64,000 nucleotides of DNA. Source: Octopus sinensis (taxonomy: Eukaryota). The stretch is taken from assembly GCF_006345805.1 (NCBI RefSeq), contig NC_042997.1, positions 14,756,001-14,820,000 on the forward strand, read 5' to 3'. Under the pieces are notes generated by a model, which saw only the letters and a program-made list of their open reading frames with translations, did not search any database and was not told the origin of the DNA. The translations under genes and the position numbers were made by a program. This document shows positions 11,131-24,602 of the stretch, one piece after another (position 1 is the stretch's first letter; each line of letters starts with the position of its first letter).

Positions 11131-13141
11131 TTGAACTAAACTCCACAGGTGGCAATTGTTGTTTGTTGTTTAGCCAAGTCAACCCTAATTGAGCAGACCT
11201 ATAAGTAAAGGTAATCCGACTATACCTATCCTATTTTTTTCCTTTCCTGTGAGCAGGAAACCCAGGGCCACACATCATCGAGCATGTTCTTTTCTACTAT
11301 GCTCAGGTAAGATTTGAAAGAATGTAACTGCTGTTTCTAGCAGATCAGGCAACCACATAGAGGTTCTCTTGTTGGTTTATCCACAGATGTTTGTTATAGA
11401 TAGAGGGTGGCTTGCCCAGTCAATTGTTTCTTGGTATTCTTTTGAGACAATGATTACTCTGAATGCCAATTGCTATTTGTTCATTATTACTTATTGTTAT
11501 TAAGCTGCTGATTTTTGGCATGGAAATATCAGAAATTACAACATCATATTCACAAGAGTAATTAAAATTACTTTACATTTCTACTTCATCATGCTATAAG
11601 GTCATTAACAGGAAAAAATAAAATAGAATAATTGGTGATTGAATTAGTGATAATAATAATTAACTTAATTTACATAATTTAATAAGAATATATGAAAATA
11701 AAGTACAGGAAGATGATGTATGGCAACCAGTGTTTTAGTAAAAGTAGAAAGTCAAGGGAACTTTTGGACTGAACTACAAACAACTCAGGCCATATCTAGA
11801 AAATTATTCAATGAATTCATGAACAAGCTCAATCAAGTTCACTTGGGGTTAAACAACAAATGCCGATTCACAGACATGCTGTGTCTAAAAATAATTTATG
11901 GGGGATTTATTAACTGAATAGACAGAGTATTGAACCAATTGCCATGCAATATTTAGTTGTGTCTCTTTACATTTTGAGTTCAAATCCTACTTTGAGAAAC
12001 TTTATTCTTTCAAGATAAATAAAATAATAGCAACAAAAGGACTGACAGAGAAAACTAACAACCAATTGTTCAGTCAGCTCATTAAACAAACCACTGGCTA
12101 GTCAGTTGGTAAAATAAAGAAGTGGTATTGAACCAGTGCATATGTTTATTTAAATTTTTATTGGCATAATGACCCTCCCAACAAGATTTGTTTCAACACA
12201 TGAATTCACATCAAGAATCTTGCAAACCAAATACAGAAACAAACTAAAATAATTACCATTTGTTGTTACTAGTCAGTACTAAACTAGTCCTAATCAAAGG
12301 CATTTCAGCATGGCCAAAATAATTTTTTTGTATGTTCGAACAACATTATAAAATGTGCTTAAGATACTAGGATATGTTTTGACGGAGATTTGGCTGTGAT
12401 TTCACCAGGTTGAGCAACAGCAGAGAGATCACCTTGGATCAAACAAGTATCAGCTATATATTGCTCACAATTAAAAGTGTATGATGCAATTATATTTTAT
12501 CAACATTTTTGTGACAGCAACAATTTGAACATTTTATATTAATCTTTTTTTTACCATTTAATCAGGAGGTAAAGCAGCACCCATGATCCATTACAGGACC
12601 TCCAAGACTAGTAGGAAGGAGGGAGGATGGTACCCTGAAACTGGAAACCTGGCCCAAATACTTGTGACAGAGTGGACCCTGAAGCACCCAAGGTGCCAAA
12701 AAGTGGTGTTAAATTGGACAATTGGTTAAATCTAGAACACAAAGAGCTGAGACAAATACTATAAGGCACCTGCTCTGATATCCTTACAATTCTGCCAGTC
12801 TACCACCTTGGATTGGTACTTTTTTTATCAATCCTGAAAGGATAAAAGGTAAAGTCGACTTGTGTGGGTTTTGAACTCAGAGCATGGCAAGTTGGAATAT
12901 ATACATCTGGGGCTCTAATGACTTTACCAATTCACCACCCTGTATACAAGACGATTCCCAAAAATTATGTTCATTTAGGTTTTAAACATAGGTACAAGGT
13001 CATAAATGTGGAAAGAAAGACGACCAACCTATGAACCAGTGCTTGGTCAGTGGGCTGGATAATCTTTTGTATACAGTTTAGGATATTTATAATAATTTAG
13101 TTGGTTTGCATTTTTTTACACTAAATCACTGTTTTACATAC

Positions 13142-13365
13142 ATCATTTTTCTTTGTTTATTCTGACTATTTCTCTCAAGCACCACTATAATAAAAATGGA
13201 AAGAATCCTGATGATTTATAACATGATGCTTCATTCTTCATCTGATTACAAATTCTCAAGAAATACTAGATGTTTTTATTACTGTTGCTATTTTCTCAGC
13301 AATTGTCTGTATGTATCATCTTCAGAGCCTACTTGTAAATCTTTTTAAGTGCTATCTCAATCTTT
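13142..13365 (-). pseudogene. Dynein pseudo-exon, start of AAA5
   Basis: aatctgttattag|AAAG ... AATGAT|gtatgt. KKIYK*ALKMIHTDNC*EN compared with IRxWxxxGLPxDxxSxEN; a shifted frame gives EKIATVIKTSSIS*EFVI compared with ENAIIVxxSxRWPLxID. Confidence 0.6.
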
Positions 13366-13748
13366 CTAATAACAGATTGAGTATTTTCAAATAAAAAGTC
13401 ACACTAGCATGATATTTACTATGTTATTTATAAAGGGTATAATATTAACAACGATGGTTGATGTTTGATGATGATGATGACGATTTCAGACTTAAGTAGA
13501 AAGACCATAAAATTTGTCAAGTGTAGTGTAGACAATTGAATCTATCAGTGTATTTGGTTGGTATTTATTCAGGTGAGTCCAAAAGAAAGGACGATAAAAT
13601 CAATCTAGGCAGGATCTGAGCTCAGAATGTATAGCAACATAATTAAATGCATCAAGGTATTTTGTTTGAAATGAAATTAAAGACCACAAACAGTGTACCC
13701 AGAAATTATAAAGTTCCAATCTTCTTACTATGATTGCTAATGCATATA

Positions 13749-15437
13749 TCAGGTCATCCCATAAGTTCTGTCCAAATCTTTATATATAAAAGAGAAGTTG
13801 TGTGTCTGTCTCCTACGATTTAGATTCCTAACTACTCCCACATTTTGCGGTGCAGTTTAACCAAAACCGGGTATCTTATAGTCGTGATTCATATCGAGCC
13901 CTTCTGGGTATTAGCACATGTCTACGATGAGTCTACGATTTAAAAAAAAATTTACCATTGTTTTTTTCCATTTTAATGCATTTTTTTCGCTATTATATAA
14001 GGGAAGTAAATCTCTAAAAATGTCTACGATGAGTCAACGATTTAAAAAAAAATTTACCATAATTTTTTTTCCATTTTTAATGCATTTTTTGCTATTTTTT
14101 GGCTATAACTCTCTAAAAAGGCTTATATAGTTATTTCCCTTACAAACCCGAGCAACGCCAGGCGATACTGCTAGTTTTAAATAAAGAAAACAAGTGATCA
14201 AATGTTATATTTAATTGAAATTTAATCATCAATGTACTTTCCCTGATTATCTATGACTTCCATCTATTTACAAGTTTTTAAATCCCATCAATGTAAAACT
14301 CTTTTGGTTTCAAAGCGAAGAACTCTGAAATATCAGTTTCAACCTTCTCCTGGTTTGTGAAAGTTGTGTCCCCTCAAATGATTCTGTAAACTATGAAACA
14401 AATGGTAGTCTGAAGGAGCAAGGTTGGGAGAATAAGGTGGATGAGGATTTTTTTCCAAAACAAGCTCTTCGATCTTCTGTAATGTGATCTTTGCAGAGTG
14501 GGGTCATGCACTGTCCTGATGAAACATCATTCCTTTCCGATTCACTAAAGCGGGCCTTTTTTTTTCTTCAAAGCTTGGTTCAAACGCTCTAATTGCTGAC
14601 AGCAGACTTGAGCATTGATTGTTGCATTAGGTGGTAACAATTCAAAGTGAATTACTCCTTTGCAATCCAACCAGATAAAGACAAGAACCTTTTTCCCATG
14701 AAGTTCCCTTCTTGGTTATGGCTGAGTTTTTTTTTTCCTTTTACCAAGCCACTGTTTACAACATTTAACATTTCGAAAGAAGATCCATTTTCCGTCACCA
14801 GTCACAAGTCTATACAAAAAGGATGAAATGAGTTCATAAGAATGGAGAGAAGAGCAGATGTCAGCTCAGGATTTGTGGTTGCTTTTGGACAATTCATGAG
14901 GCACCCATTTTCCAAGTTTAGGAACTTTTCCAAGTTGTTGAAGATGACGATGAATAGTTGTAAGGTTTGAACTAAGCTTTATTGCCTATTCTTCAACTGA
15001 TAATGCAGGATTTTCTGCAAGTAATGCCTCAAGGAGCTTATCATCAAACTCAACTGGATGTCCTGTTCGATCTTCATCTTCAAGACTGAAATCTCCACTT
15101 CTGAATTTTGCAAACCATCTTCTGAAAGTTCTTTCATTCAAACATACTTTCCCATAAATGGAGTGTATGTTTCAAGTTGCTTCGGCTGCAGAGTTTCTCT
15201 TTTTGCATTTATAAAGCATTATGTGCCTTAAATGCTCTTTGGATACTTCCATGTTAGAAAGGGTTTTAATCAAAGAAATTTCAATTCTATTATTCTGTAA
15301 AATAATATTTAATTAGTTTAAATGTACACAAATGTATAAAAATAATTTTTAATTCCATTAGACATTCTAAAATACTGTTAAATTTCATTCAATTTTAAAA
15401 AAAGGTAAAATCAGACAGAACTTATGGGATGACCTGA
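13749..15437 (-). mobile_element. Mariner (D,D34D) DNA transposon, near full length, inactivated
   Basis: TIRs TCAGGTCATCCCATAAGTTCTGTC at both ends with TA flanks (13747-48, 15438-39). Transposase remnant 15252-14222: MEVSKEHLRHIMLY...RRWFAKFRSGDFSLEDEDRTG, GKWVPHEL, VTGDGKW, HQDSA*PH, YSPNLAPSDYHLF, with 34 residues between the last two Asp. Multiple stops and frameshifts. Confidence 0.93.
13777..14174 (+). mobile_element. Non-autonomous Helitron nested in the mariner
   Basis: 5'-TC start, 3'-CTAG end, subterminal GC-rich hairpin (cccgagcaacgccaggcg), inserted between A and T with no TSD. Confidence 0.85.
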
Positions 15438-17161
15438 TACACAAAATATTTAAGGACTTATGAAAAAGCAAGAAACCACATTTAAATGACTTGGTGAAAC
15501 ACAAAACAAAACAATTAATTTCCAAGACTAACAGAACAATAAACCTTTTCCTCCCAACAAAAAACTGCAAACCTTCATATCTCTGGTATGGGAAATCTAA
15601 ACAGTAGTACTTATACAAAAACTAAATGCACACCTATAAAAAAAAAAAACAATGAAGAATGGAAGAGATACTGCAAACACTCATTTGAATGTAACGAAGT
15701 GTAAAGATCAGTTACTGATCAACATAGCCATAACTGAAGATGAGGGAGAGAAAGAGGGGTTGGTATATGTCATGGATTGATTACCAGAAGGCTTTTAACA
15801 ATGTTACACACTCATAAAGTCTGGAAACATTAAAATATTAACTACGCATAAGTAACAAATAATTGGGTTTTTAAAATGTGCCAAAGTAACTTTAAAGAGG
15901 GATTCTTAAGAAGAACATGCAACAGCTCTTCTTTCAGTGGAATTCATTCTTTTGCAAACATCTGAGCCAGGTCTTTGGTCTAAGGAAGTCTAAGGATAAC
16001 TTCTCTGAATAAGATCATGGGCACTGCCCTTCCTCGTCACTTAGCTATCATCATCATTATTTAATATCCATGTTCCACGCTGGCATGGACTGGACACTTT
16101 GACAGGATCCAATTGGCCTAAGAACTGCATCATGCTCCAGGGAATGTTTGATGTGGTTTCTATGGCTGGAGGCCTTTTCCTAACACCAATCACTTTACAG
16201 TGTATACAAGGAGCTTTTTTGTGCCACCAGCACTAGTGAGATTACATGACTATGAACCCAAAGAGGCAAGCATTATGCTAAGAGATGATGGGTCAACACA
16301 TGAGAGAAGGGCCAGAGTAGAAAAGATTTTTGCTGTAGAGGAGCTACATGACTATTCACATTATAGAAGAGAAAGTGAGAATATTGGGTAGAGCTGGGAA
16401 GCAATAAAAATAGTTGGGATAGGTGTCAGGTTGAACTTTCGGTATGAGGTGGATAGAAATGAGTAGGGCAGAGAGACAAGGAGTGTGGATAAGAAAATAA
16501 ACTTCTCCACATACAAGGTAAAAATAAAGTACACCAAGTCAAAATGATTCAGATAAAAAACTAAATAGCAGAAAGACTGACTCTAGATTAGACTCTAAAA
16601 TAGAATATATATATATGTCTATATGTTAGAAAGAATTTCTCAACTTGAAAAATATCTATATCTTAATTTGTAACAAATTTGTTACATAAATAATAAATAC
16701 ACGACTTATATCTCATCGAGGTGGTACTGTTATTTTTTCCTCTATAGTATCATCCCGGCATAGCTATAGCGCACTAGCTGAAGCCATTAATAGCAGGAAA
16801 GAGAATGCATATCCATACACATGATATAAGCATATGTTCAAACAAGGAAATATTTATTAGCATTTATAACCAATGACACTTTTCTTCACAAGTCCATGAC
16901 ATAAATAAAATTTTGAAAAAACAGATAGGCTACTGACATGCTTATCAGCTCATATTTCATATTTTCCATGCAATTTTAAACATAGAATACTTTCACTTAA
17001 GCATGTACGATTTATTTTGCAAGGTAACATTCAAGTTCACAGGCCTGGTTATATTTACAATGCCTTATGATATCAGAGTCACTTATGCAAACTGGAGAAC
17101 GGAGTAGCACAAAGAAAAATACCAGGAAGCTAAAATGACAGTAGCTATCAGGTATACTTAA

Positions 17162-18258
17162 CCCCTTAAAGGATTATCCCGAGTCTACTCATGCATCGCA
17201 AATGTATCTTTTTAGAACCAGACGAATATACTTGGTCAAAATTAACTTCTAATTTTAGCACTCAAATGAGTTTATTTGCTTTGTGTCATTTCATTTTTGA
17301 GCAATCACGAATATACTCACATTGTCGTAAGCCTGGCAGCAAATATTCTGGTGCCATTTCAAAGAATTTATGCTTCTGAGTTTTGAACTTTTACTTCAGT
17401 GCATACATATATTTTTCTATGCTTGAGTGGGTTGGACAGGTCTTATTCAGCATAGTGTCTCACCATTTGTTGGAATCCATTGTCATCTCCTTCCTGAACC
17501 TCAACTTTCATCACCTTTTCCCTGTGGTACACCTGAATTCATTAAGGCAAATTTTTTATGAACAGATACTTTTCCTGTCACTACTCTTTACTTGTTTCCA
17601 AGCAAAGCAATATTTCTCCATTCAGGAGGAGGTTGGTGTCATTTTAAAACTGTCTCGTTTTGATTCTCTATTATTTATACAAATAAGAGAATTATTTGTG
17701 CATTTTTTTCTCAAAATGGATGAAGATTTAGATATATTCAGCTATCACGAAAGGCATATTTTTCATTTCATGATCTGGAAAGCTCTGGGGATGAATTAGA
17801 CACGTGTAGTTCAGACTCTGACAATTTTTCAAAAGATGACAAAGAAGATAATCAGACAGATGCAAGTGCATGGCATGAAATCAATTGCTTGTCCGATTCG
17901 AAGAAAAAGCAGATACATATGCGATGTCTGCAAGATTACTTTATATGTAACTCCTTGTTTTAAAAATTATCATTCTAAATAAACTATCTATATCATTTTC
18001 TTAAAGTTTTCCTTTGATTTAAAAGCAATACATAAAAAATCGAAGATAGTTAAGTTATATGTATTTTTTCAATGTCCAAGTTGACTCGTTTAAATCCAAA
18101 TGAGTAAAAGTACATTTTAATTTCTATAATAAAAAATAAAGGAAACAAGATAAAAAAACTTTTTTTGTAATTAACACAGTGTATATAATTAAAAAAGGAA
18201 ATAAAAAAATATGCTCTGAAATGAAACGCCTTGTCAAAATAATTGATCCATTAAGGGG
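17162..18258 (+). mobile_element. piggyBac internal-deletion derivative
   Basis: TTAA|CCCCTTAAAGGAT ... ATCCATTAAGGGG|TTAA (12/13 TIR match, TTAA TSD). Acidic N-terminal remnant from ATG 17716 (MDEDLDIFSYHE...SSGDELDTCSSDSD) abuts a C-terminal Cys-rich domain KSRYICDVCKITLYVTPCFKNYHSK* (17905-17982). The DDD core is absent. Confidence 0.85.
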
Positions 18259-18309
18259 TTAATAAAAAGAGAAGTGGAATGCAGGAGGTTTGCTAATACT
18301 TACACTGTC

Positions 18310-19310
18310 AGTAACAAAGGTGTGAAGTGTTCTGCATTGCTAAGGAGTATGCTAGTGTAAATCAGGACATCATTAATGAAAAGTTGGTTCATCATCATAA
18401 AAGTACACCAACCTCATTGACACGAAGAGGAAGGAAGTATGGAAACGTTACTGTAACAAGTTGCTGAATGAAAAGAATGCATATGTGAGAGAGAGAGTAT
18501 TCCAAGGAGACCAACAAAATGGACTGCCTATTGAAATTCATAGCTATACAGTAAAAATGAGTGATAAAAAATGAAGGCACGGAAAGAAAGTGGACCACCA
18601 TGGATAGTTATTGAGATGTGAAAAGCATCCAACCAAACGGAACATGTGCTAGGCATTCACAAAGCGAACCAGATACAATGTGACATATCTATGTACTATT
18701 GCTGGCATAGCTGTATTATCATCAACTGCTACAAAGGCAAAGGAAATGCTCTAGAAGGAAGTAACAACAGAGGCATCAAATTAATGGACCAAGTTATGAA
18801 ATAAAAAAGGGTTAATTATAGCACAACAAATAAGGAAGAAAAATATCTTGTGAGATGCAAACCAGATTTGTGTCAGGACAGAGTGCTACTAGTGCACCCT
18901 GCAGAAGAAAGTCTCAACAAAGAGCAAGCCACTATACTTTGTATTTGTTGATCTGGAGAAGGTCTTTGACAAGAGTATTATACTCTGTAGTCTGGTGGTT
19001 GTTAAGAAAATGAGGCATAGATGAATGATATATGAGAACCATGCAAGGAATCAAATGTGTGCAAGAGAGAAGACTGAGGTGCCAAAGACTCGTAATGTGT
19101 ATGGAGGGTGTCAGCTGAGTTGAGGAATGCCAAGTGATCCAGGTGGAAAGAACCTGCAGATGAGGCAGCGGCAGTGAAGACACAGGGAAAAGGTGATGAA
19201 AGTTGAGGTTCAGGAAGGAGATGACAATGGATTCCAACAAGTGGTGAGACACTATGCTGAATAAGACCTGTCCAACCCATTCAAGCATAGAAAAATATAT
19301 GTAAAATGAT
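18310..19310 (+). mobile_element. Decayed RTE LINE (RT fragment plus 3' end)
   Basis: Homologous to 32465-33450 (CYKGKGNAL...NNRGIKLMDQVMK, YFVFVDLEKVFD) with an internal deletion; ends in the shared 3' tail and a (GAT/GGT)n tract. Confidence 0.7.
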
Positions 19311-20103
19311 GACAATGATGATGGTGGTGGTGGTGGTGGTGGTGGTGGTAACAGCAGAGGTGGTGATGACAATGTGATGATGATGATCATGATGATGATG
19401 ATGGTGATGAGCACAGCCTGTTTCAACACCCACGTTATGGTATATTATTTTTTATTATTAAATTATATAAAGATATTAGTGTTTGTAAATATCACTTTAT
19501 AGAAAACAATACTGGTTGCTAAAAATATCTAACAATATATCCAATTATTTTGGAAATGAATGTGGTATAACTTAGTTTTCATCTTTGGAGGAGCAATTAG
19601 ATAAATATCGAAATGAGAGAATGACCAAAGTGATTAGGGCAATATGGGTATAAAACTGATTAGTTGATAAACATAGTGGATTGATGTGGGCAAGTTTCAG
19701 ACTTAAATTCCATCTAAAGACTAGATTTTAAAGAGGTAACCTCTCTGTGGTTACTTGATCAGATCAGCTAGAAATAGCAGCAAAATCTGTCATGTCACAA
19801 AAAAAAAGAATATTAAGTATGTTATAACAACAAAGGAGTCTCTAGGCCAGTGCTCTGCAACCAGTATACCGTGACACACTTGTGTTCCAAAAGATGATGA
19901 TAATTTTTTTCCCCTATACTTTTAGTTATATTTTGAGTTCAGGTGTACCACCGAATTTTGAAAAGAATATACATGTACTACAACTGAAAAAAGGTGGCAG
20001 ACCACTACTCTAAGCTGTCATTTGACTTGTGAAAAATAGCAGCCAAATCTTCCATTAGAAAAAGATAGGAAGACAGTATTAATTAATACAATCTTAGATA
20101 TAA

Positions 20104-20499
20104 CTAGCAGTATCGCCCGGCGTTGCTCGGGTTTGTAAGGGAAATAACTATATAAGCATTTTTAGAAATGTAAAGTATAATAGCCATCTCAATATGGCTA
20201 ACCACAAAGGGGGGGGTGTTACTGTAGCTTTTTACGTTCTGAGATTTAATAATAAATTTTTAGAGAGTTACTTCCCTTATATATGCCAAAAATGCATTAA
20301 AAGTGGGAAAAATTGATGGTAAATTTTTTTTAAATCGTAGACTCATCGTAGACATGCGCTAATACCCAGAAGGGCTCGATATGAATCACGACTATAAGAT
20401 ACCCAGTTTTGGTAAAACTGCACCGCAAAATGTGGGAGTAGTTAGGAATTTAATTCGTAGGAGACTGACAGCACACAACCTCTCTTTTATATATAAAGA
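20104..20499 (-). mobile_element. Non-autonomous Helitron, second copy of the same family
   Basis: Reverse complement begins TCTTTATATATAAAAGAG and ends cccgagcaacgccgggcgatactgCTAG; A|T insertion site; both ends near-identical to 13777-14174. Confidence 0.85.
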
Positions 20500-20844
20500 T
20501 GTCTGGAAATAAAAGATATGATGGCCAGTCACTGCTACGATGATTTTATTGAAAGTCTCCAATATCAGGGTGAGTTGGTGCTAAGTAACAACAGACTCTG
20601 TACTAAGTCAATTTAGGTAGAATTTTAATAGCAAAATCACAGTACATAACTGTGAACTGTAGAATATATAGTGCAGTCCACATTTCCAACACTATACTAA
20701 CTAATAAAATACAAGATAGATAATTAGATATTACCATTTCAATACTGGTAAGATTTATTTATACTGCTAGATATTGCCCTTTAGCAAAATATCTATTATA
20801 ACATTGTCAGGAGACAATGTTTATAGGACCAAGAACATGGTCTG

Positions 20845-20881
20845 TGTGTGTGTGTGGTGGTGGTGGTGGTGGTGGTGGTGG

Positions 20882-20927
<46 letters not shown>

Positions 20928-20975
20928 AATAATAATAATAATAATAATAATAACGATAATGATAGCGACGACGAC
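20845..20975. repeat. Compound trinucleotide microsatellite (GGT)n(GAT)n(AAT)n(GAC)n
   Basis: Directly visible; source of four low-complexity ORFs. Confidence 0.95.
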
Positions 20976-22735
20976 GATACCCTTATCAGACAGGTCACTT
21001 TCATGGTATGCACTGCTCTCACACTCAATAATAATAATAATTGTTTTAACATCCACTTTTCCAAGTGGAAATCATATGAAATTCATTAAGGAATTTTTTA
21101 TGGACAGATACTTTTCCTGCCACTACTCTTTACTTGTTTCCAAGCAAAGCAATATTTCTCCATGACCAGACATGTTTTCACAGAAGATAAGAAATGAACA
21201 ACACCATTTGTATGACAGTGATACCCATTTACAACTACCATGCAATATATTTGTTTGTTCATATCATCATTAACATCATCATCAGTATTTAATGTTCATC
21301 TCTCATGCCGGCATAGGTTGGATGGTTTGACTGGATCCAATAAACCAGACAACAGCATCAAGCTCCAATGTCTTCTTTGGCATAGTTCTATGACTGAATA
21401 CCCTTCCCAGTTCCAGCCATTTTACAGAGAGTAATGGTGCTTTTCTTCATGACACTAATAGAGTGAAGTTCATCAAGTAATTTGTAAGACAAAGAACACA
21501 GCCATATGGAGAAAAAACATCCCAGTAGCAGTGTAACCTTAAAATTACTTCCTTTATATGAATGCTGCCTTATGTTAAATTTAAACTTAAACAAAAACCA
21601 TTATGAATAAGACTGGAGCCTCTGGTGCAGGTCTCTTGCCAGGTAGATGTTCTGTGGCACATCAGTAAAGAGACAGTTATCAAGCTGTTATTGCTGTGCA
21701 AAAAGTTGTCAAGAAAAGAAAGAAGAATGACAAGATAGTAGTAGGATGTTATCTAAAAAGTAAGTCTAGAAAGGACTCTGGATAAGGATAAGTAGTAGTA
21801 GTAGTGATGGTAATAGTAGTAGTAGTTGTGGGGTGGGGGTGCTAAGCAGTGATGAGAAATAAACTTTGGTTTAGTTCTGACATATTTTAACTTCTAAAGG
21901 CAATTTCACACCAGTTTACCATCGAGAAAGAATATCTGCTTATAGTAAAAGATGCAAAACCACATTATCCGCTCAGTGTTGCCCTGTACCAGACACCTAG
22001 ATGCATTTCTGGTTCCTTAGCCATCTTCAATAGGAGATACCAAAGAGAGACAACTCTGAGCAGGTTAGGAAGTCGTAGCTTTATAATAGAACAGTTAATA
22101 TTAGAGACTAACTTATACTCAAAGACTGTCCAGTCAGAGCAAATATAGTCGTAGCAGCAGTAAGCAGTGATGAGAAATAAAGAAACTGTAGGTTACACAC
22201 ACACATATACATAAGCACACAAATAGAGATACACAAACAAATATGTGCCCAAGCAAATATATTATATTTTACAAAGGGCGTCACGATCATAGAAAATATT
22301 CAATTCAACTGTAGCTTATATTTATTAATATATATTATAGTTAAACTCTATAATAAAGTTTCAAGTCAGCAAAGATATTCATTCAGATGGATAATGACTA
22401 AAGAATTTCATTTAGATAAAGAAATGAAAGTTATTAAATAGCGTTCATTATCAATGGTGACATGTTGTAAATAAATATCCAGTTAGACAGAAACAGCAAA
22501 ATTTTCAAAAGGATCTTGACAGAAAAATCTTATTTCTGTATATCCCGCGCATGTGTGTGTGTACATACACAGACACGTATTTGGTTTAAAAGCAATAAAT
22601 GTACTTGAGGTTAGAAAGAAAAGTTAATATCATCATATGAGACAGAAATGAAAGACTATAAACAACCAAGAAAATTTTGTAATAATATCAATCTTTACTC
22701 AGGTACACTCACACAAACACACACACACATACAAA

Positions 22736-22770
<35 letters not shown>

Positions 22771-22773
<3 letters not shown>

Positions 22774-22965
22774 GCCATTGATCATAGAACAATCTGCCAT
22801 CATTATCGTTGGCAGCAATAAAGTAGTAAGGAGAGCAAAGTGGAAGAGCAAATGTTTAGTTCAATGCCAGCTTTTCACATCATTCTGGTTATTTTCATCT
22901 CTCCTCAGGTTATAATTGATCAATGGAGGATCTTAATGAGCTTGCACAGATCAATAAACTTTTTT
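22771..22965 (-). pseudogene. Dynein pseudo-exon, end of stalk CC2
   Basis: tattttgcttttgtcctag|AAAAAAG. EKSLLICASSLRSSIDQL*PEER*K...ALPLCSPYYFIAANDNDGRLFYDQW compared with LxxAxxLIxGLxxExxRW...LLxAAFxxYxGxFxxxYRxxLxxxW. The donor region is replaced by a (CA)n tract. Confidence 0.6.
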
Positions 22966-23229
22966 CTAGGACAAAAGCAAAATATTTAAACAAAAACAAT
23001 TTATTTATTGATATAACACACATACACACACACACACACAACTCCATGTACACATACGTTCACACTTACAGATTCTCTCTTTCTTTATTTCCTCTTCACA
23101 TTTCCTCTATTATTTTACATATGCACATGGAATTACTCAAAGGTGTACTGTAGATAACACAGCAAAACTTGCTTGAGGAATCTTTTTACATTTAATATCT
23201 TAAAACCACAGACTAGATAGAGCAAGTTT

Positions 23230-23230
23230 T

Positions 23231-23261
<31 letters not shown>

Positions 23262-23262
23262 C

Positions 23263-23313
<51 letters not shown>

Positions 23314-23314
23314 C

Positions 23315-23345
<31 letters not shown>

Positions 23346-23360
23346 TATATACATACATAC

Positions 23361-23414
<54 letters not shown>

Positions 23415-23935
23415 GTATATATATACATATATATATATGTGTATATATATGTATATATAAATATATATATACATGTATGGATATATATCATGATCACCAT
23501 CATCTAACATCTGCAGTCCATGCTGGCATGGGTTGGACGGTTTGAACAGGGCAAGCAAGCTGGAAAGCTGCACCATATATATACACACACATACATATAG
23601 ACACACCATTATCGATGATGATGATGATATATATATATATATAAACATATATATGTGTGTGTGTATATATATATATATTATATATATATATATAATGTAT
23701 ATATATATACATATATATATGTGTGTATATATATATAATGTATATATATACATATACATATAATGTGTATATATATATATATATAATGTATATATATATG
23801 TATGTATGTATATATAATGATCATCATTGTTTAACGTATATATACATATATACAATACACACATAAATACATATACTTATATATATTATATACACATACA
23901 TACATATACACTCACACAACATACATACATACATA
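23230..23935. repeat. Long compound (AT)n/(AC)n microsatellite with an embedded family D fragment
   Basis: Directly visible; source of the YI/IY-rich ORFs. Confidence 0.95.
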
Positions 23936-24370
23936 CAAGCTCTGACAAAGCTATGGGAATAAAGACTGACACTTGTTAAGAGGTGCCATGTTCCTATAGC
24001 TGAAACACCTGTAAGCTAATAAATGTAATTATGTAACTCTAATTCTTTTGTTATTTAATTAACATTATATATATATTTATACATTTGATGATGTCACCTT
24101 CCTTAGGCACTATCCTGAGTTTCATGTATCACCTTCTTGGTTGCAACTTAAAAAAAAATAATAAACTCTACAATATGGATTGAGTGTTTTTTTTTCTTAT
24201 TATTTCATGATTTTAAATTCAAGCATTTATGTGTATTTGTTGAAGAGTGTGACTAAATCCATGATAACCTTTTTAACCAATCGCAGCCAGGAAAATCTGG
24301 CATCCTGATGTTAGTGATGAACACACACACACACACAGAGTTAAAAAGGCTTTGCTCAATTTTTAATTAC

Positions 24371-24602
24371 CAAAATGTTAACAGAAATAAAGTCAAGTGT
24401 ACGTCTCATTTTTGTATATATAAATCACTATTTATCCAGAAAAGAGAAGCTCGTTTTCTATAATAAGATAGGAAATCAAAGAATGAAAAGCTTTTCTGTA
24501 ATTGATGTAACTGTCGGGGTTTTTAATAAATCATTTTTGCTTTTTAATGAATGTTGTCAAATAAACTCACAAAAAGAATTCCAAAGAAATCCAAATTTAA
24601 AA
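24371..24602 (-). pseudogene. Probable dynein pseudo-exon, stalk CC2
   Basis: actttcag| ... TTTG|gtaatt. Phase 0 start and phase 1 end match both neighbouring exons. KNPDSYINYRKAFHSLISYLIIENELL is only a loose coiled-coil match. Confidence 0.4.

Noticed and set aside
15560-15640. Strong minus-strand acceptor (t12-atag|GTGTGC)
   Set aside because: All frames close quickly and there is no dynein motif.
16600-16780. 18-bp palindrome (16669-16686) and a ...gcactag end suggesting another Helitron
   Set aside because: No clear 5' TC boundary and no second copy in the window.
20727-20790. Small AG...GT-bounded minus-strand segment (ILLKGNI*QYK*ILPVLK) where a dynein exon might be expected
   Set aside because: Too short and stop-rich to support; left uncalled.
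20796-21165. Poly-G/D/N, poly-V/M/I and poly-S/P ORFs
   Set aside because: Compound trinucleotide repeat.
22910-23153. Plus-strand acceptor (ctctcctcag|G) and ORF 22923..23153
   Set aside because: No donor, and it runs into microsatellite; the minus-strand dynein reading explains the segment better.
23213-23864. ORFs of up to 211 aa (YIYI...)
   Set aside because: Translations of (AT)n/(AC)n microsatellite, which has no stops in some frames.
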